A stretch of DNA of 64,000 nt from NCBI GenBank assembly GCA_902541245.1, contig CACBPT010000001.1, positions 21,433 through 85,432 on the forward strand, read 5' to 3'. Position 1 is the first letter of the stretch, and each line of letters opens with the position of its first letter. The translations under genes and the position numbers were made by a program. The notes under the pieces are model-generated. The model worked only from the letters and a program-made list of their open reading frames with translations, was not told the origin of the DNA and made no database searches. Below are positions 37,976 through 47,759 of the stretch, piece by piece. The stretch comes from an uncultured SAR86 cluster bacterium. GTDB lineage: Bacteria > Pseudomonadota > Gammaproteobacteria > Magnimaribacterales > D2472.

Positions 37976-38924
37976 CTCTTTTGGTTTGCAGGCAAATGCA
38001 AAAAACTATATCAGTATAAATTCCTTAGATGATTTATCAAAAATAGAAAATCTATATGATAAAAAATTATTGATTCTTGGTTCTGGCACCAATGTAATTC
38101 TTGATAATTATTTTGATGGAACTGTAATTAAGGTTCAATTAACAGATATAGAAAATCATAAAGATTATATTTCAGTTGGTGGGGGCGTTGATTGGGCTCA
38201 ATTAATAGAATATTGTTTAGTAAATGGACTCTATGGAATTGAAAACCTGACTCATATCCCTGGATCTGTTGGAGCAGCACCTGTTCAAAACATTGGCGCT
38301 TATGGAGTTGAAATAAGCTCTTTTATCAAAAACATTGAATGCTTTAATTTAAAAACAAAAAAGCTTGAAACTCTGAATAATGATCAATGTAAGTTCGGAT
38401 ATAGAAATTCGATATTTAAATCAAAAGACTTGGTTATTTTAAAAGTTAATTTTGTATTCGAGAAATCTTTTCAGCCTAATTTAAGTTATCCATCATTAAG
38501 TCAATTTTTAAAAGATAAATCAATTGATACATCATCTTTAACACCTAGAATGCTTTCCGAATTAATTAAGCAATTTAGAAATTCCAAGTTACCAGATCCA
38601 GAGATTGAACCAAATGTAGGAAGTATCTTTAAAAATCCTATTGTCAGCGTTAAAGATTTTGATAAAGATTTCTTAGTTGGACACAAGTGGGATCAAGGTG
38701 ATGGATATACAAAGCTTAGCTCAGCTAGGCTAATAGAGCTGATTGAATCTGACTTAATTATTCCTGATACTCTACGTTTTTATGAAAATCATTCTCTTGT
38801 GCTTATTAATAATGGCGGCGCATCTTTCAATGAAGTCATTTATTTACTTAATCAAATCAAATCTAGAATACTCAAAGAATTTAATATCAAGCTAGAAATA
38901 GAGCCTGAGATTATTTCAGTATGA
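37962..38924 (+). CDS. murB: UDP-N-acetylenolpyruvoylglucosamine reductase
   Basis: GSGTNV, IPGSVGAAPVQNIGAYG, FGYRNSIFK and GSIFKNP. Confidence 0.85.
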   Translation: MMLTNSFGLQANAKNYISINSLDDLSKIENLYDKKLLILGSGTNVILDNYFDGTVIKVQLTDIENHKDYISVGGGVDWAQLIEYCLVNGLYGIENLTHIPGSVGAAPVQNIGAYGVEISSFIKNIECFNLKTKKLETLNNDQCKFGYRNSIFKSKDLVILKVNFVFEKSFQPNLSYPSLSQFLKDKSIDTSSLTPRMLSELIKQFRNSKLPDPEIEPNVGSIFKNPIVSVKDFDKDFLVGHKWDQGDGYTKLSSARLIELIESDLIIPDTLRFYENHSLVLINNGGASFNEVIYLLNQIKSRILKEFNIKLEIEPEIISV

Positions 38925-39529
38925 TGTTCTTTTCTGCTGCCTTAGCTCATTTGTTAGCTGTGATGTCACCAGGCCCAGATACTGCTATTATTTTTCATCA
39001 ATCATTCACTAAAGGTCGAAAAGCAAGCGTTCTAACTGCTCTTGGTATTGGTTTTGGAATATTTGTACACTGTTTTTTTGCTATCTCTGGAATTTCATTG
39101 TTGATTTATAGTGTTCAGGAAGCAAAATTATTGATTAAAATTTTTGGTGGCTTGTATTTACTATATATCGGTTTAAGTTTTTTTATTTCTAAAAGATCTT
39201 CAGATAGCAACGAATTAAAATCTTTCTTACAGAATCCATTTCTTATTGGATTAATTACTAACTTATTAAATATTAAGGCGTTTTTATTTACTGTTTCTCT
39301 TTTCTCTTTAATAAATCTTGGTCCTAATTTTATTGAAGCATTAATGTATTTACTCTACTTTCCTATCGTGACTGCTGCATGGTTTTCATTTGTAAGTTTC
39401 GCACTTACTCATGATTCTTTAGGAGATATTTTTAATAAATACTCAAATAACATTCAAGTTATTTCTTCTTTGTTTATTTCGGTATTAGGAATATTATTGT
39501 TAATTCAAACATTTTATGGACTTCGCTAA
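38921..39529 (+). CDS. LysE/RhtB-family amino-acid exporter
   Basis: N-terminal SPGPDTAII motif, six hydrophobic segments, 202 aa. Confidence 0.75.
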   Translation: MMFFSAALAHLLAVMSPGPDTAIIFHQSFTKGRKASVLTALGIGFGIFVHCFFAISGISLLIYSVQEAKLLIKIFGGLYLLYIGLSFFISKRSSDSNELKSFLQNPFLIGLITNLLNIKAFLFTVSLFSLINLGPNFIEALMYLLYFPIVTAAWFSFVSFALTHDSLGDIFNKYSNNIQVISSLFISVLGILLLIQTFYGLR

Positions 39530-40055
39530 ACTTTTAAATTCAGTCAATTCAATTAAAGAGGAATTTCCTCCAGTGCATCTTTGGGACCCAGAATTATGTG
39601 AAGGTGTTGAGATGAAGATTGATAGAGAAGGGAATTGGTTTTATCAAGGATCCATCATAGATAGAAAAAAATTAAAAGTTTTATTTTCTAGAATTTTAAA
39701 ATTAGAAAAAAATAATTACTTTTTAGTTACGCCTGTTGAAAAAGTGTCTGTTAAGGTTGATCTTGCTCCTTATATGATTATTGATTATGAAGTTGATGAC
39801 AGCAAGACAAAAATTATTCTAAAGACAAACTTAGATCTATCCATTCCTCTAAATAAAGATCATAAATTGGAGATCAAGAGGGTTGGAGATGAGAATATTC
39901 CATTTGTTTATGTCAGAGATGGGATAGAGGGCTTTATCTCTCGTTCTGTTTACTACTCTTTGATAGATATTGCGCTTAGTCAAGAAAATGATTCTTCAGG
40001 TGAGCTAATATTAAAAAGTTTTAACTGTTTATTTAGCCTAGGCGAAGTCGCTTAA
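39516..40055 (+). CDS. DUF1285-family protein
   Basis: PPVHLWDPELCEGVEMKIDREGNWFYQGSIIDRKKLKVLFSRIL...YFLVTPVEK matches my recollection of the DUF1285 signature. Confidence 0.65.
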   Translation: MDFAKLLNSVNSIKEEFPPVHLWDPELCEGVEMKIDREGNWFYQGSIIDRKKLKVLFSRILKLEKNNYFLVTPVEKVSVKVDLAPYMIIDYEVDDSKTKIILKTNLDLSIPLNKDHKLEIKRVGDENIPFVYVRDGIEGFISRSVYYSLIDIALSQENDSSGELILKSFNCLFSLGEVA

Positions 40056-40062
40056 AACAAAT

Positions 40063-41799
40063 TTAATCAGTGCTGTTATCAATCCACTCATTGATATATT
40101 TTTCCAGAGTATCAAGGGGTAAGGCTCCTCTTTTTAAAACCTCATGATGAAAGTCTTTAATATCAAAGCTGTCTCCAAATGCTAATTCTGCATTTGCTTT
40201 TAGTTCCAATATTTTTAGTTGTCCGATCTTATATGCAAGTGCTTGACCAGGCCAATTAATGTATCTGTCAACTTCATTCAAAACATCTTGTTTTGTTTTA
40301 GCTGAATTATTAAGAAAATAATTTATAGCATCTTGTCTGCTCCAATCAAAGTAGTGCATTCCCGTATCAACAACAAGCCTTATTGCTCTCCACATGTCAT
40401 AGGTAAGCTGACCAAATTTTGAGTATGGATCTTGATATAGACCTAAATCATAACCAAGTCTCTCGCTATAAAGTCCCCAACCCTCAACATAAGCAGTTAT
40501 ACCTCCATATTTTCTAAAATTTGGTAAATCTAGTTCCATTGCCAGCGCAATTTGCAAATGATGTCCAGGCATCGCTTCATGAACACTGAGAACTTCAATT
40601 TCATATTTAGGTCTCACTTCGGGTCGATAAAGATTTACAAAGTAATATCCTGCACGAGAACCATCTGCGGCTGGACGTTGATAATAAGCAGTTGTCGTAT
40701 CGGGAGCACTCTCCATAGGAATGGGTTTTAGTCCATATGGCATTGATGGAAGAACTTTAAATAGTTTCACTAATTCAGGATCAATTCTTTTTGATGTAGC
40801 AAGGTATGCTTCAAATAAATCTTCTGAAGTATCATAGTAAAACTTGGGATTAGTACGTAAATCATCTAAAAAAGCTTTAAACGAACCATCCCATTTAACT
40901 TCCTTTATTACTGCTTCCATTTCCTCTCTAATCCTATCAACCTCTGCTAATCCAATTTCATGAATCTTTAGTGGAGTAAGATTAGTGGTAGTAAATTTCC
41001 TTGCCAAGAATTCATAATATTCTTTGCCATTTTTAATTTCTTTTATACCTATGGATGTTCTGCAAGCAGGCAAATAATCTTCTTTAAAAAATGTATGAAG
41101 ACGAGAATAAGCAGGAATCACTTTAGTTTTTATGACATCTAGAGCTTTTAATTGTATTTCCTCAGACGAATCTATCTCATTATTTATGTTTTCAAAGACT
41201 CTATAGAAAGGGCTATCTTTAGGCTCGACAAAAACTTGTAATTCAATTTGTTTATAAACTTTTTCCATAAGAAATCTTGGTGGAACAATCCCTTGATCAA
41301 TGCCAATTCTTGCTTTTTCAATTGCATCATCAATTAACATATTTATTTTTGAAAGTCTTTCAATCCAATCTAAAAAATTTTGTTTATTTCTTAGAGGAAT
41401 TATGCTCGTTGTTTCGTGTTTTAATTGAATACCGCCCCTGTGACTAAATGGCATTAAAAATTTTTTAAATGAATGAGCTTCTATTGAATTTTCATATTGT
41501 TTTTTAAAAAGAAGATAATTAACTTGATTCTCTTCAGTAAAATTTTTTGTGTCAAATTCTTCCAATTGATTCAACACTTGTAACTCAATCTGATGATTTG
41601 AATAAATTTTTTCAATTGAAGTATCCGACCATTTTGTGTTGTTGGTAAGGTCTCCCATGCTGGAAGCATAGACTGGATTATCAGCTATCATTCTTTCCCA
41701 TTCTGAATTAAGGAGAGAATTAAATTGAACCTGATGATTTTCTGTTGAACACCCTATTAGTAATATTAATAAAGCATAGAGTGAAATGCTTTTCATCAC
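40063..41799 (-). CDS. DUF885-family lipoprotein (putative metallopeptidase-like)
   Basis: Lipobox LLIGC after MMKSISLYALLI. HEAMPGHHLQ motif. 578 aa. Confidence 0.75.
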   Translation of the reverse strand: MMKSISLYALLILLIGCSTENHQVQFNSLLNSEWERMIADNPVYASSMGDLTNNTKWSDTSIEKIYSNHQIELQVLNQLEEFDTKNFTEENQVNYLLFKKQYENSIEAHSFKKFLMPFSHRGGIQLKHETTSIIPLRNKQNFLDWIERLSKINMLIDDAIEKARIGIDQGIVPPRFLMEKVYKQIELQVFVEPKDSPFYRVFENINNEIDSSEEIQLKALDVIKTKVIPAYSRLHTFFKEDYLPACRTSIGIKEIKNGKEYYEFLARKFTTTNLTPLKIHEIGLAEVDRIREEMEAVIKEVKWDGSFKAFLDDLRTNPKFYYDTSEDLFEAYLATSKRIDPELVKLFKVLPSMPYGLKPIPMESAPDTTTAYYQRPAADGSRAGYYFVNLYRPEVRPKYEIEVLSVHEAMPGHHLQIALAMELDLPNFRKYGGITAYVEGWGLYSERLGYDLGLYQDPYSKFGQLTYDMWRAIRLVVDTGMHYFDWSRQDAINYFLNNSAKTKQDVLNEVDRYINWPGQALAYKIGQLKILELKANAELAFGDSFDIKDFHHEVLKRGALPLDTLEKYINEWIDNSTD

Positions 41800-43421
41800 A
41801 TATTAGGGTAATTCGGACCACCGGTACCTTCGGGCGTTACCCAAGTAATATTTTGAGATGGATCTTTAATATCGCATGTTTTGCAATGAACGCAATTTTG
41901 TCCGTTGATAACAAATTTTGGTTCGTTATCTTTTTCCACAACTTCGTAAACACCAGCTGGACAGTATCTTTGTGCAGGTTCGTCATATATAGGCAGATTT
42001 TGAAGTATTGGTATGGTTGAGTCTTTAAGTGTCAGGTGACAAGGCTGATCTTCTTCGTGATAGGTATTGGAAAGAAATACAGAACTTAGCTTATCAAAAC
42101 TGATTTTACCATCAGGCTTTGGATATTCTATTTTTGGCATATCAGCAGCAGGTTTCATGCAAGCATAGTCTGGAGTTGTATGTCTGAGAGTAAAAGGGAG
42201 TTTACCTCTAAATATCAATTGATCTATTGCGTTGAAAGCAGCTCCAATTAGAGCACCAAATTTATGGAACATGGGTCCAAAGTTTCTTGATTTGTAGAGC
42301 TCTTCATGAATCCAACTTGATTTAACTAAATCATTGAATTGAAGATCACTATCATTATCAATATTTTTAAAAATGGCTTCTGCAGCAAGCATTCCAGATT
42401 TCATAGCGGTATGGGAACCTTTAATTTTTGAAAAAATCAGTGTTCCAGCATTGTCGCCTACTAAAACACCACCTGGAAATTCCATGCTTGGTAGAGATTG
42501 AAGACCACCTTTAATGAGTGCTCTAGCTCCATAAGTAATTCTTTCTCCTCCTTCTAAATACCGTCTGATTGATGGATGAGTTTTCCAAGTTTGAAATTCA
42601 TCATATGGACTAAGGTGAGGATTTTCATAATCTAGTGGAACGACATATCCCAAATATACTTCATTATTATCTGCATGATAGAGGTAAGATCCAGCAGGGG
42701 TATTTTTAGCACTAGGCCAGCCATTCGTGTGGATAACAAGACCTTCTTGATGCACCTCATCCTTAATTTTCCAAATTTCCTTAAATCCAATTCCATAATG
42801 TTGCGGGTCTTTATCCTTATCTAACTCAAATTTTGATATTAATTGTTTACCAAGATGGCCTCTGCAGCCTTCACCAAATATTGTATATTTAGCTTTAATA
42901 TCTATCCCTGCTTCGTATCCTGCTTTTTGTTCACCGTTTAAACCAACACCCATTTCTCCAGTTCTAACGCCAACAACTTTATCTCCTTCGTAGAGGATCT
43001 CACTTGCAGGAAAACCGGGAAATATTTCAACTCCCAAATCTTCTGCCTGAGTTGCGAGCCATCGACAAAGATTTGCAAGACTGGCTACATAATTTCCATG
43101 ATTATTCATGGGTGGCATTACAAATGAAGGAATAGGCAAGCTGAATTTTTCAAACATAAACATTAACTTATCTTTTTTAACTGGAACATTGAGAGGGCAT
43201 TCTTTTTCTTTCCAATCTGGAATAAGTTCATTTAAAGCTGTAGGTTGAAATACATTTCCTGAAAGTATATGAGCACCTATTTCAGAACCTTTTTCAAGAA
43301 GACATATTTCTAGAGATTTATCATTTTCTTTCGCCAGTTGAGCAAGTTTTATGGCAGCGCTGAGGCCAGATGGACCTCCGCCAACGATGACGACATCGTA
43401 TTCCATAACTTCTCTTTCCAT
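41796..43421 (-). CDS. Electron-transfer flavoprotein:ubiquinone oxidoreductase (ETF-QO)
   Basis: YDVVIVGGGPSGLSAAIKL. C-terminal 4Fe-4S region CPAGVYE...CVHCKTCDIKDP. Strong SD AGAGGGAG upstream of the ATG at 43421. Confidence 0.92.
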   Translation of the reverse strand: MEREVMEYDVVIVGGGPSGLSAAIKLAQLAKENDKSLEICLLEKGSEIGAHILSGNVFQPTALNELIPDWKEKECPLNVPVKKDKLMFMFEKFSLPIPSFVMPPMNNHGNYVASLANLCRWLATQAEDLGVEIFPGFPASEILYEGDKVVGVRTGEMGVGLNGEQKAGYEAGIDIKAKYTIFGEGCRGHLGKQLISKFELDKDKDPQHYGIGFKEIWKIKDEVHQEGLVIHTNGWPSAKNTPAGSYLYHADNNEVYLGYVVPLDYENPHLSPYDEFQTWKTHPSIRRYLEGGERITYGARALIKGGLQSLPSMEFPGGVLVGDNAGTLIFSKIKGSHTAMKSGMLAAEAIFKNIDNDSDLQFNDLVKSSWIHEELYKSRNFGPMFHKFGALIGAAFNAIDQLIFRGKLPFTLRHTTPDYACMKPAADMPKIEYPKPDGKISFDKLSSVFLSNTYHEEDQPCHLTLKDSTIPILQNLPIYDEPAQRYCPAGVYEVVEKDNEPKFVINGQNCVHCKTCDIKDPSQNITWVTPEGTGGPNYPNM

Positions 43422-43461
43422 CGATTGCTCCCTCTTTTTTTAGTGGTAAAAAAACATTACA

Positions 43462-43487
43462 ATTATATCCGCATAAACCTTATAATT
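43462..43487. promoter_or_regulatory. Back-to-back candidate -10 boxes in the ETF-QO / etfBA divergent spacer
   Basis: TATAAT on the + strand at 43481-43486 and on the - strand at 43467-43462. Together they form a 7-bp inverted repeat AATTATA-N13-TATAATT. The -35 elements are weak. Confidence 0.3.
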
Positions 43488-43560
43488 AATGATATTATAT
43501 CAAAAATTAATAATAAATTATAACTATTTAAAATAATATCAGATTAAAAGAGCTCAATCT

Positions 43561-44313
43561 ATGAAAATATTAGTTCCAATCAAGCGTGTAGTAGATTATA
43601 ACGTGAAAGTAAGACCCTTAGGCGATCAATCTGATGTAGATCTGAATAATGTCAAAATGGCGATGAATCCATTTTGTGAAATTGCTGTTGAAGAAGCTGT
43701 GAGACTGAAAGAGGCAGGGACTGCAACTGAAGTTGTGGCTGTGACTGTTGGTAAATCAGACTCTCAGGAACAACTTAGAACTGCACTAGCACTGGGAGCT
43801 GATAGAGCCATATTAGCAGAAACAGATTCACTTTTAGAACCTTTAGCAATAGCGAAAGTTCTCTCAAAGATTATCGAAGAAGAATCTCCGCAATTAGTAA
43901 TTTTAGGCAAACAGGCCATTGATGGAGATAACAATCAAACGGGTCAAATGCTTGCTGCTATGTTGAATTATTCCCAGGCAACATTTGCATCCGAAGTTAA
44001 AATTGATGGAGATTCAGCATCTGTAACTCGAGAAATAGATGGCGGCCTCCAAACAATTAAGGTTTCTCTTCCAGCTATTATTACAACCGATTTAAGACTT
44101 AATGAGCCGAGATATGCATCTCTGCCAAATATTATGAAAGCCAAGAAGAAAGAATTGGATGTAAAATCGATTGGAGAGATGGGAGTTGATATAAATAATA
44201 GAATGGAATTGTTGTCCGTTGAACTTCCTGCATCTAGACAAGAGGGCATTAAAGTTGAATCAGTTGAGGACTTAGTTAGTAAATTGAAAGAAGAAGCAAA
44301 GGTGATTTCATGA
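43561..44313 (+). CDS. etfB: Electron transfer flavoprotein beta subunit
   Basis: [18 protein letters not shown] and [20 protein letters not shown]. Confidence 0.92.
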   Translation: MKILVPIKRVVDYNVKVRPLGDQSDVDLNNVKMAMNPFCEIAVEEAVRLKEAGTATEVVAVTVGKSDSQEQLRTALALGADRAILAETDSLLEPLAIAKVLSKIIEEESPQLVILGKQAIDGDNNQTGQMLAAMLNYSQATFASEVKIDGDSASVTREIDGGLQTIKVSLPAIITTDLRLNEPRYASLPNIMKAKKKELDVKSIGEMGVDINNRMELLSVELPASRQEGIKVESVEDLVSKLKEEAKVIS

Positions 44314-45239
44314 GTATATTAGTTATAGCAGAGCACGATAACGCAAACTTAAAGCCTGCAACGTTAAATACCGTTGCTGCGGCTAAAGAATTGAATGGTG
44401 AAGTGCACCTTCTTATTTCTGGTAATTCCTGTCAAAGTGTTGCTGATGAAGCAAGCGGAGTTGAAGGTATTTCCAAGATTCTTATCTCTGACAATGCTGC
44501 TTATGAAAATCATTTAGCTGAAAGTACAGCTAATCTAATTAAATCAGTTGCTAGCAATTATTCTCACATACTTGCAGCAGCAACAACATTTGGAAAAAAT
44601 GTTTTACCGAGACTCAGCGCATTGCTAGATGTGCAACAAATATCAGAAATTACAGAAATTGTTTCTGAAGATACTTTTAAAAGACCTATATATGCAGGAA
44701 GTTGTATTGCAACAGTCAAATCAAATGATTCGATCAAAGTAATTACAGTCAGAGCTACAGCCTTTGATCCTGTGAATTCATCTGGCGGTTCTGCATCCAT
44801 TGAAAATATTGATGCTGATAACATTTCTGATTTAACATCCTTTGTCGGAGAAGAGATTGCTCAGAGTGATAGACCAGAGCTAACAGCAGCTAGTATTGTA
44901 ATCTCAGGTGGAAGAGGCATGCAATCAGGTGATAATTTCCATCTCCTGGAGGCAATTGCAGATAAGCTTGGTGCAGCTGTTGGTGCTTCCAGGGCTGCTG
45001 TTGATGCAGGTTTTGTTCCCAATGATTACCAAGTTGGCCAAACGGGTAAAATTGTTGCACCAGATTTATACATAGCTGTTGGTATTAGCGGTGCCATACA
45101 GCATTTAGCTGGAATGAAAGATTCAAAGGTAATTGTGGCTATAAATAAAGATGAAGATGCGCCTATTTTTCAGGTTGCTGATTATGGATTGGTGGCAGAC
45201 CTGTTTAATGCTTTGCCAGAGCTTTCAGAACAACTCTAA
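44310..45239 (+). CDS. etfA: Electron transfer flavoprotein alpha subunit
   Basis: [47 protein letters not shown] overlap with etfB. Confidence 0.92.
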   Translation: MSILVIAEHDNANLKPATLNTVAAAKELNGEVHLLISGNSCQSVADEASGVEGISKILISDNAAYENHLAESTANLIKSVASNYSHILAAATTFGKNVLPRLSALLDVQQISEITEIVSEDTFKRPIYAGSCIATVKSNDSIKVITVRATAFDPVNSSGGSASIENIDADNISDLTSFVGEEIAQSDRPELTAASIVISGGRGMQSGDNFHLLEAIADKLGAAVGASRAAVDAGFVPNDYQVGQTGKIVAPDLYIAVGISGAIQHLAGMKDSKVIVAINKDEDAPIFQVADYGLVADLFNALPELSEQL

Positions 45240-45240
45240 C

Positions 45241-46347
45241 CTACTGATTTGAAGTAATATTTAATCCTAGCCTTTCAATATTTTGACTGGCTGATCCATT
45301 AATTAGCTCACATTCTTTTGCAAGCAGGCAATATCTCCATAAAACGTAATCTTTATCCACTCCCGCACCTCCGTGCAGGTGCTGAGCAGAATAACTTATT
45401 TTATGACAAGCATTTCCAGCCCAAATTTTTGACACTAATGCGTCATTTTCGCAATCAAGATTTGTATTCAGATTTGTTGATGCTTGTTGATTAACTAATC
45501 TCAAGCATTCAAGTTCAATAAAACAGTCTGCTGCCCTGTGTGAAACTGCTTGAAAAGTTCCAATAACTCTGCCAAATTGCTCTCGTTCAGATGTGTAAGA
45601 TGCAATTAAAGATGTCATTTTGTTAGTTACCCCAAGAGCTATATAACTTCTCATCACCATATTTATTTGTAACAAGTATCTTAAAGTTTCCAGTCCACGT
45701 CCTTCTTGATGAACTATATTAGATCGTTCGATTGACACATTATTTAGCTCTACTTTAAATAAAGGGGAGTTAGCAGTAGAAGTTAGTTGAGTTAATTTAA
45801 CTTCATCAGTTTTCACAAGGACGAGGATCACACCTTTATTTGAAGATGCGGAAATCAAAATACCCTTAGCTAAAGACGATATTTCAGAAAGATATTTTGA
45901 ACCATTAATAATTACTTTATCACCATCAAAAACTGCTGTAGTAGTTGGATTTTCTGGATCATGGTTTAGCGGTTCTAAAATAGCTGACGTATATATTTCA
46001 CCTTTAGTTATAGACGAAACAATAGATTGATGATTATCATTTTTACTAAATTTTTGAAGTGTTTGAGCAACATCAACTAAACATCCAGTTAAACTCAATG
46101 GAACAGCATAAAAACCTAGACACTCAAAAAGAATTCCTAGATCATATAAATCTTCGCCACTACCATTTAATTTTTCATTGATACCAAGTCCTAAATATCC
46201 ATTAGTTGCAAGAAAATCATAAAGGCTTTCGTCATGCTTAAACTCATTATCAAATTCCTTTAGTTTTTCTGAAGAGCATTTTTCTGAGAATATTTTGTTC
46301 AGAGATTCTCTTATCTCTCGTTGATGACTTAATTCTGAAAAGTCCAC
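45241..46347 (-). CDS. Acyl-CoA dehydrogenase family protein, 'small' partner of an adjacent pair
   Basis: ACAD C-terminal helical domain with FQAVSHRAADC and QHLHGGAGVDKDY. GTG start shares one nt with the upstream TAG (TAGTG). Confidence 0.8.
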   Translation of the reverse strand: MDFSELSHQREIRESLNKIFSEKCSSEKLKEFDNEFKHDESLYDFLATNGYLGLGINEKLNGSGEDLYDLGILFECLGFYAVPLSLTGCLVDVAQTLQKFSKNDNHQSIVSSITKGEIYTSAILEPLNHDPENPTTTAVFDGDKVIINGSKYLSEISSLAKGILISASSNKGVILVLVKTDEVKLTQLTSTANSPLFKVELNNVSIERSNIVHQEGRGLETLRYLLQINMVMRSYIALGVTNKMTSLIASYTSEREQFGRVIGTFQAVSHRAADCFIELECLRLVNQQASTNLNTNLDCENDALVSKIWAGNACHKISYSAQHLHGGAGVDKDYVLWRYCLLAKECELINGSASQNIERLGLNITSNQ

Positions 46348-47528
46348 TAGCGACTCCTTGGCATGAATAAACCTGCCATCGCTATAATATCTCTTTGAAC
46401 TTCATTGGTGCCACCTCCAAAAGTTAATATAGATGCTGTTCGGTACATTCTTTCAAGGCGCGCATTTAGAATTTTTAATTCCGAATCATTTTTTAAGATA
46501 CTTAGCTCACCCATAATTTCCATCAAAAGTCTATAAGCCTCAATAAAAAATTCAGATCCGTAAACTTTAGCGACTGAAGCCTCTGCCATATTGAGCTGAT
46601 CAGACTCCATAATCCATGTTTGTTTCCAGCAAATTAGTTTTAATGCTTCAATTCCGGAGTGAATTTGAGCAAAATTTTGTTTTACCCATGACAAATCAGT
46701 TAAAGATTGATCATTACCAATTTCAGTATTTTGAGCTAATTCTAAAACGTTCCTATAAAGTTCTTCAACAGGACCATGATTAACTAAAGCAAGTCGCTCT
46801 AAGTTTAATTGATTAGTTATTAGTGACCATCCTTGATTCACTTCACCAACTAAATGTGAATATGGGACTTTGATATTTTCATAGAAAGTAGCATTAGTTC
46901 TTACATCGCCTAAAGTGTTAATTGCAGTCAAAGAAAAACCTGGGTCATTTGTTGGAACTATAAACATTGAAATTCCCTTGTGATTCTTGGCTTCAAAATC
47001 AGTTCTTGCTGCAAGCCATATATAGTCTGAAAAGTTTGCTAGACTAGTCCACATTTTTTGACCATTTATAAGATATCCATCTTTTTCTTTAATAGCTTTT
47101 GTTTGTAGAGAGGCCAAATCAGTCCCAGAATTTGGTTCAGAGTAACCAATACCAAATATTAATTTTCCTTGTAAAATTTTTGTTGCTATTTCTTCTTTGG
47201 CCCAATCAGATCCATACTCTGCAATCATCGGTCCCACTGATTCTGTTGTTAGAAATGGGAACGGAAAGCCAGTTCGCATTACAGTCTCAACAAAGATGTA
47301 TTGCTCAATTGGACTTAGCTCCTTACCACCAAACTCTTTTTTCCAACTAAGGCCTATCCATCCATCCTCGCCCATGGTGAGCATAGCTTTTTTAAATTCT
47401 GGGCCGCCACCTTCAAAATATTCTGGATTATTTAGCTCTGTTTTTAACTCAGGTGTAATTAATCCTTTGAAGTATTCTTGCAGCTCATCTTTTAATTTAG
47501 CTTGTTGTGGATTTAATTGTATTAGCAT
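46347..47528 (-). CDS. Acyl-CoA dehydrogenase, 'large' partner of an adjacent pair
   Basis: GYSEPNSGTDLASLQTKA, NGQKMWTS and FGGGTNEVQRDIIA. Confidence 0.88.
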   Translation of the reverse strand: MLIQLNPQQAKLKDELQEYFKGLITPELKTELNNPEYFEGGGPEFKKAMLTMGEDGWIGLSWKKEFGGKELSPIEQYIFVETVMRTGFPFPFLTTESVGPMIAEYGSDWAKEEIATKILQGKLIFGIGYSEPNSGTDLASLQTKAIKEKDGYLINGQKMWTSLANFSDYIWLAARTDFEAKNHKGISMFIVPTNDPGFSLTAINTLGDVRTNATFYENIKVPYSHLVGEVNQGWSLITNQLNLERLALVNHGPVEELYRNVLELAQNTEIGNDQSLTDLSWVKQNFAQIHSGIEALKLICWKQTWIMESDQLNMAEASVAKVYGSEFFIEAYRLLMEIMGELSILKNDSELKILNARLERMYRTASILTFGGGTNEVQRDIIAMAGLFMPRSR

Positions 47529-47572
47529 TTGACTACTAGTATCTCATCTTCATTTCTCAAGGCAATATCTTC

Positions 47573-47758
47573 GTGTATTATTATTTTATGGAAAGTTACA
47601 CAAAAACGATGGAAATACTCCATAAAAAACTACTCCAAGCAAGAACAAAAGATCAAGAAGACAGGATTGTTAATTTAATGCTAGCTGAGGCAAGGCGATA
47701 TAGAAAAACAGAGGATTTGAAGCTACTTGATCTTAAAGATTCAAATTCGACTGCATAG
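47573..47758 (+). CDS. Hypothetical small charged helical protein (uncertain; possible ATG start at 47588)
   Basis: ORF only, with no recognisable motif. It fills the 231-bp gap between two minus-strand genes. Confidence 0.25.
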   Translation: MYYYFMESYTKTMEILHKKLLQARTKDQEDRIVNLMLAEARRYRKTEDLKLLDLKDSNSTA

Positions 47759-47759
47759 C

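Noticed and set aside
43338-43523. 61-aa plus-strand ORF spanning the ETF-QO start and the etf spacer, and the imperfect palindrome ATAATTAATGATATTAT at 43483-43499.
   Set aside because: The ORF overlaps the ETF-QO N-terminus antisense and continues into extremely AT-rich spacer. The palindrome is imperfect and unremarkable for this composition. I recognised no regulator site, and I found no PsrA-type AAAC-N-GTTTG motif.
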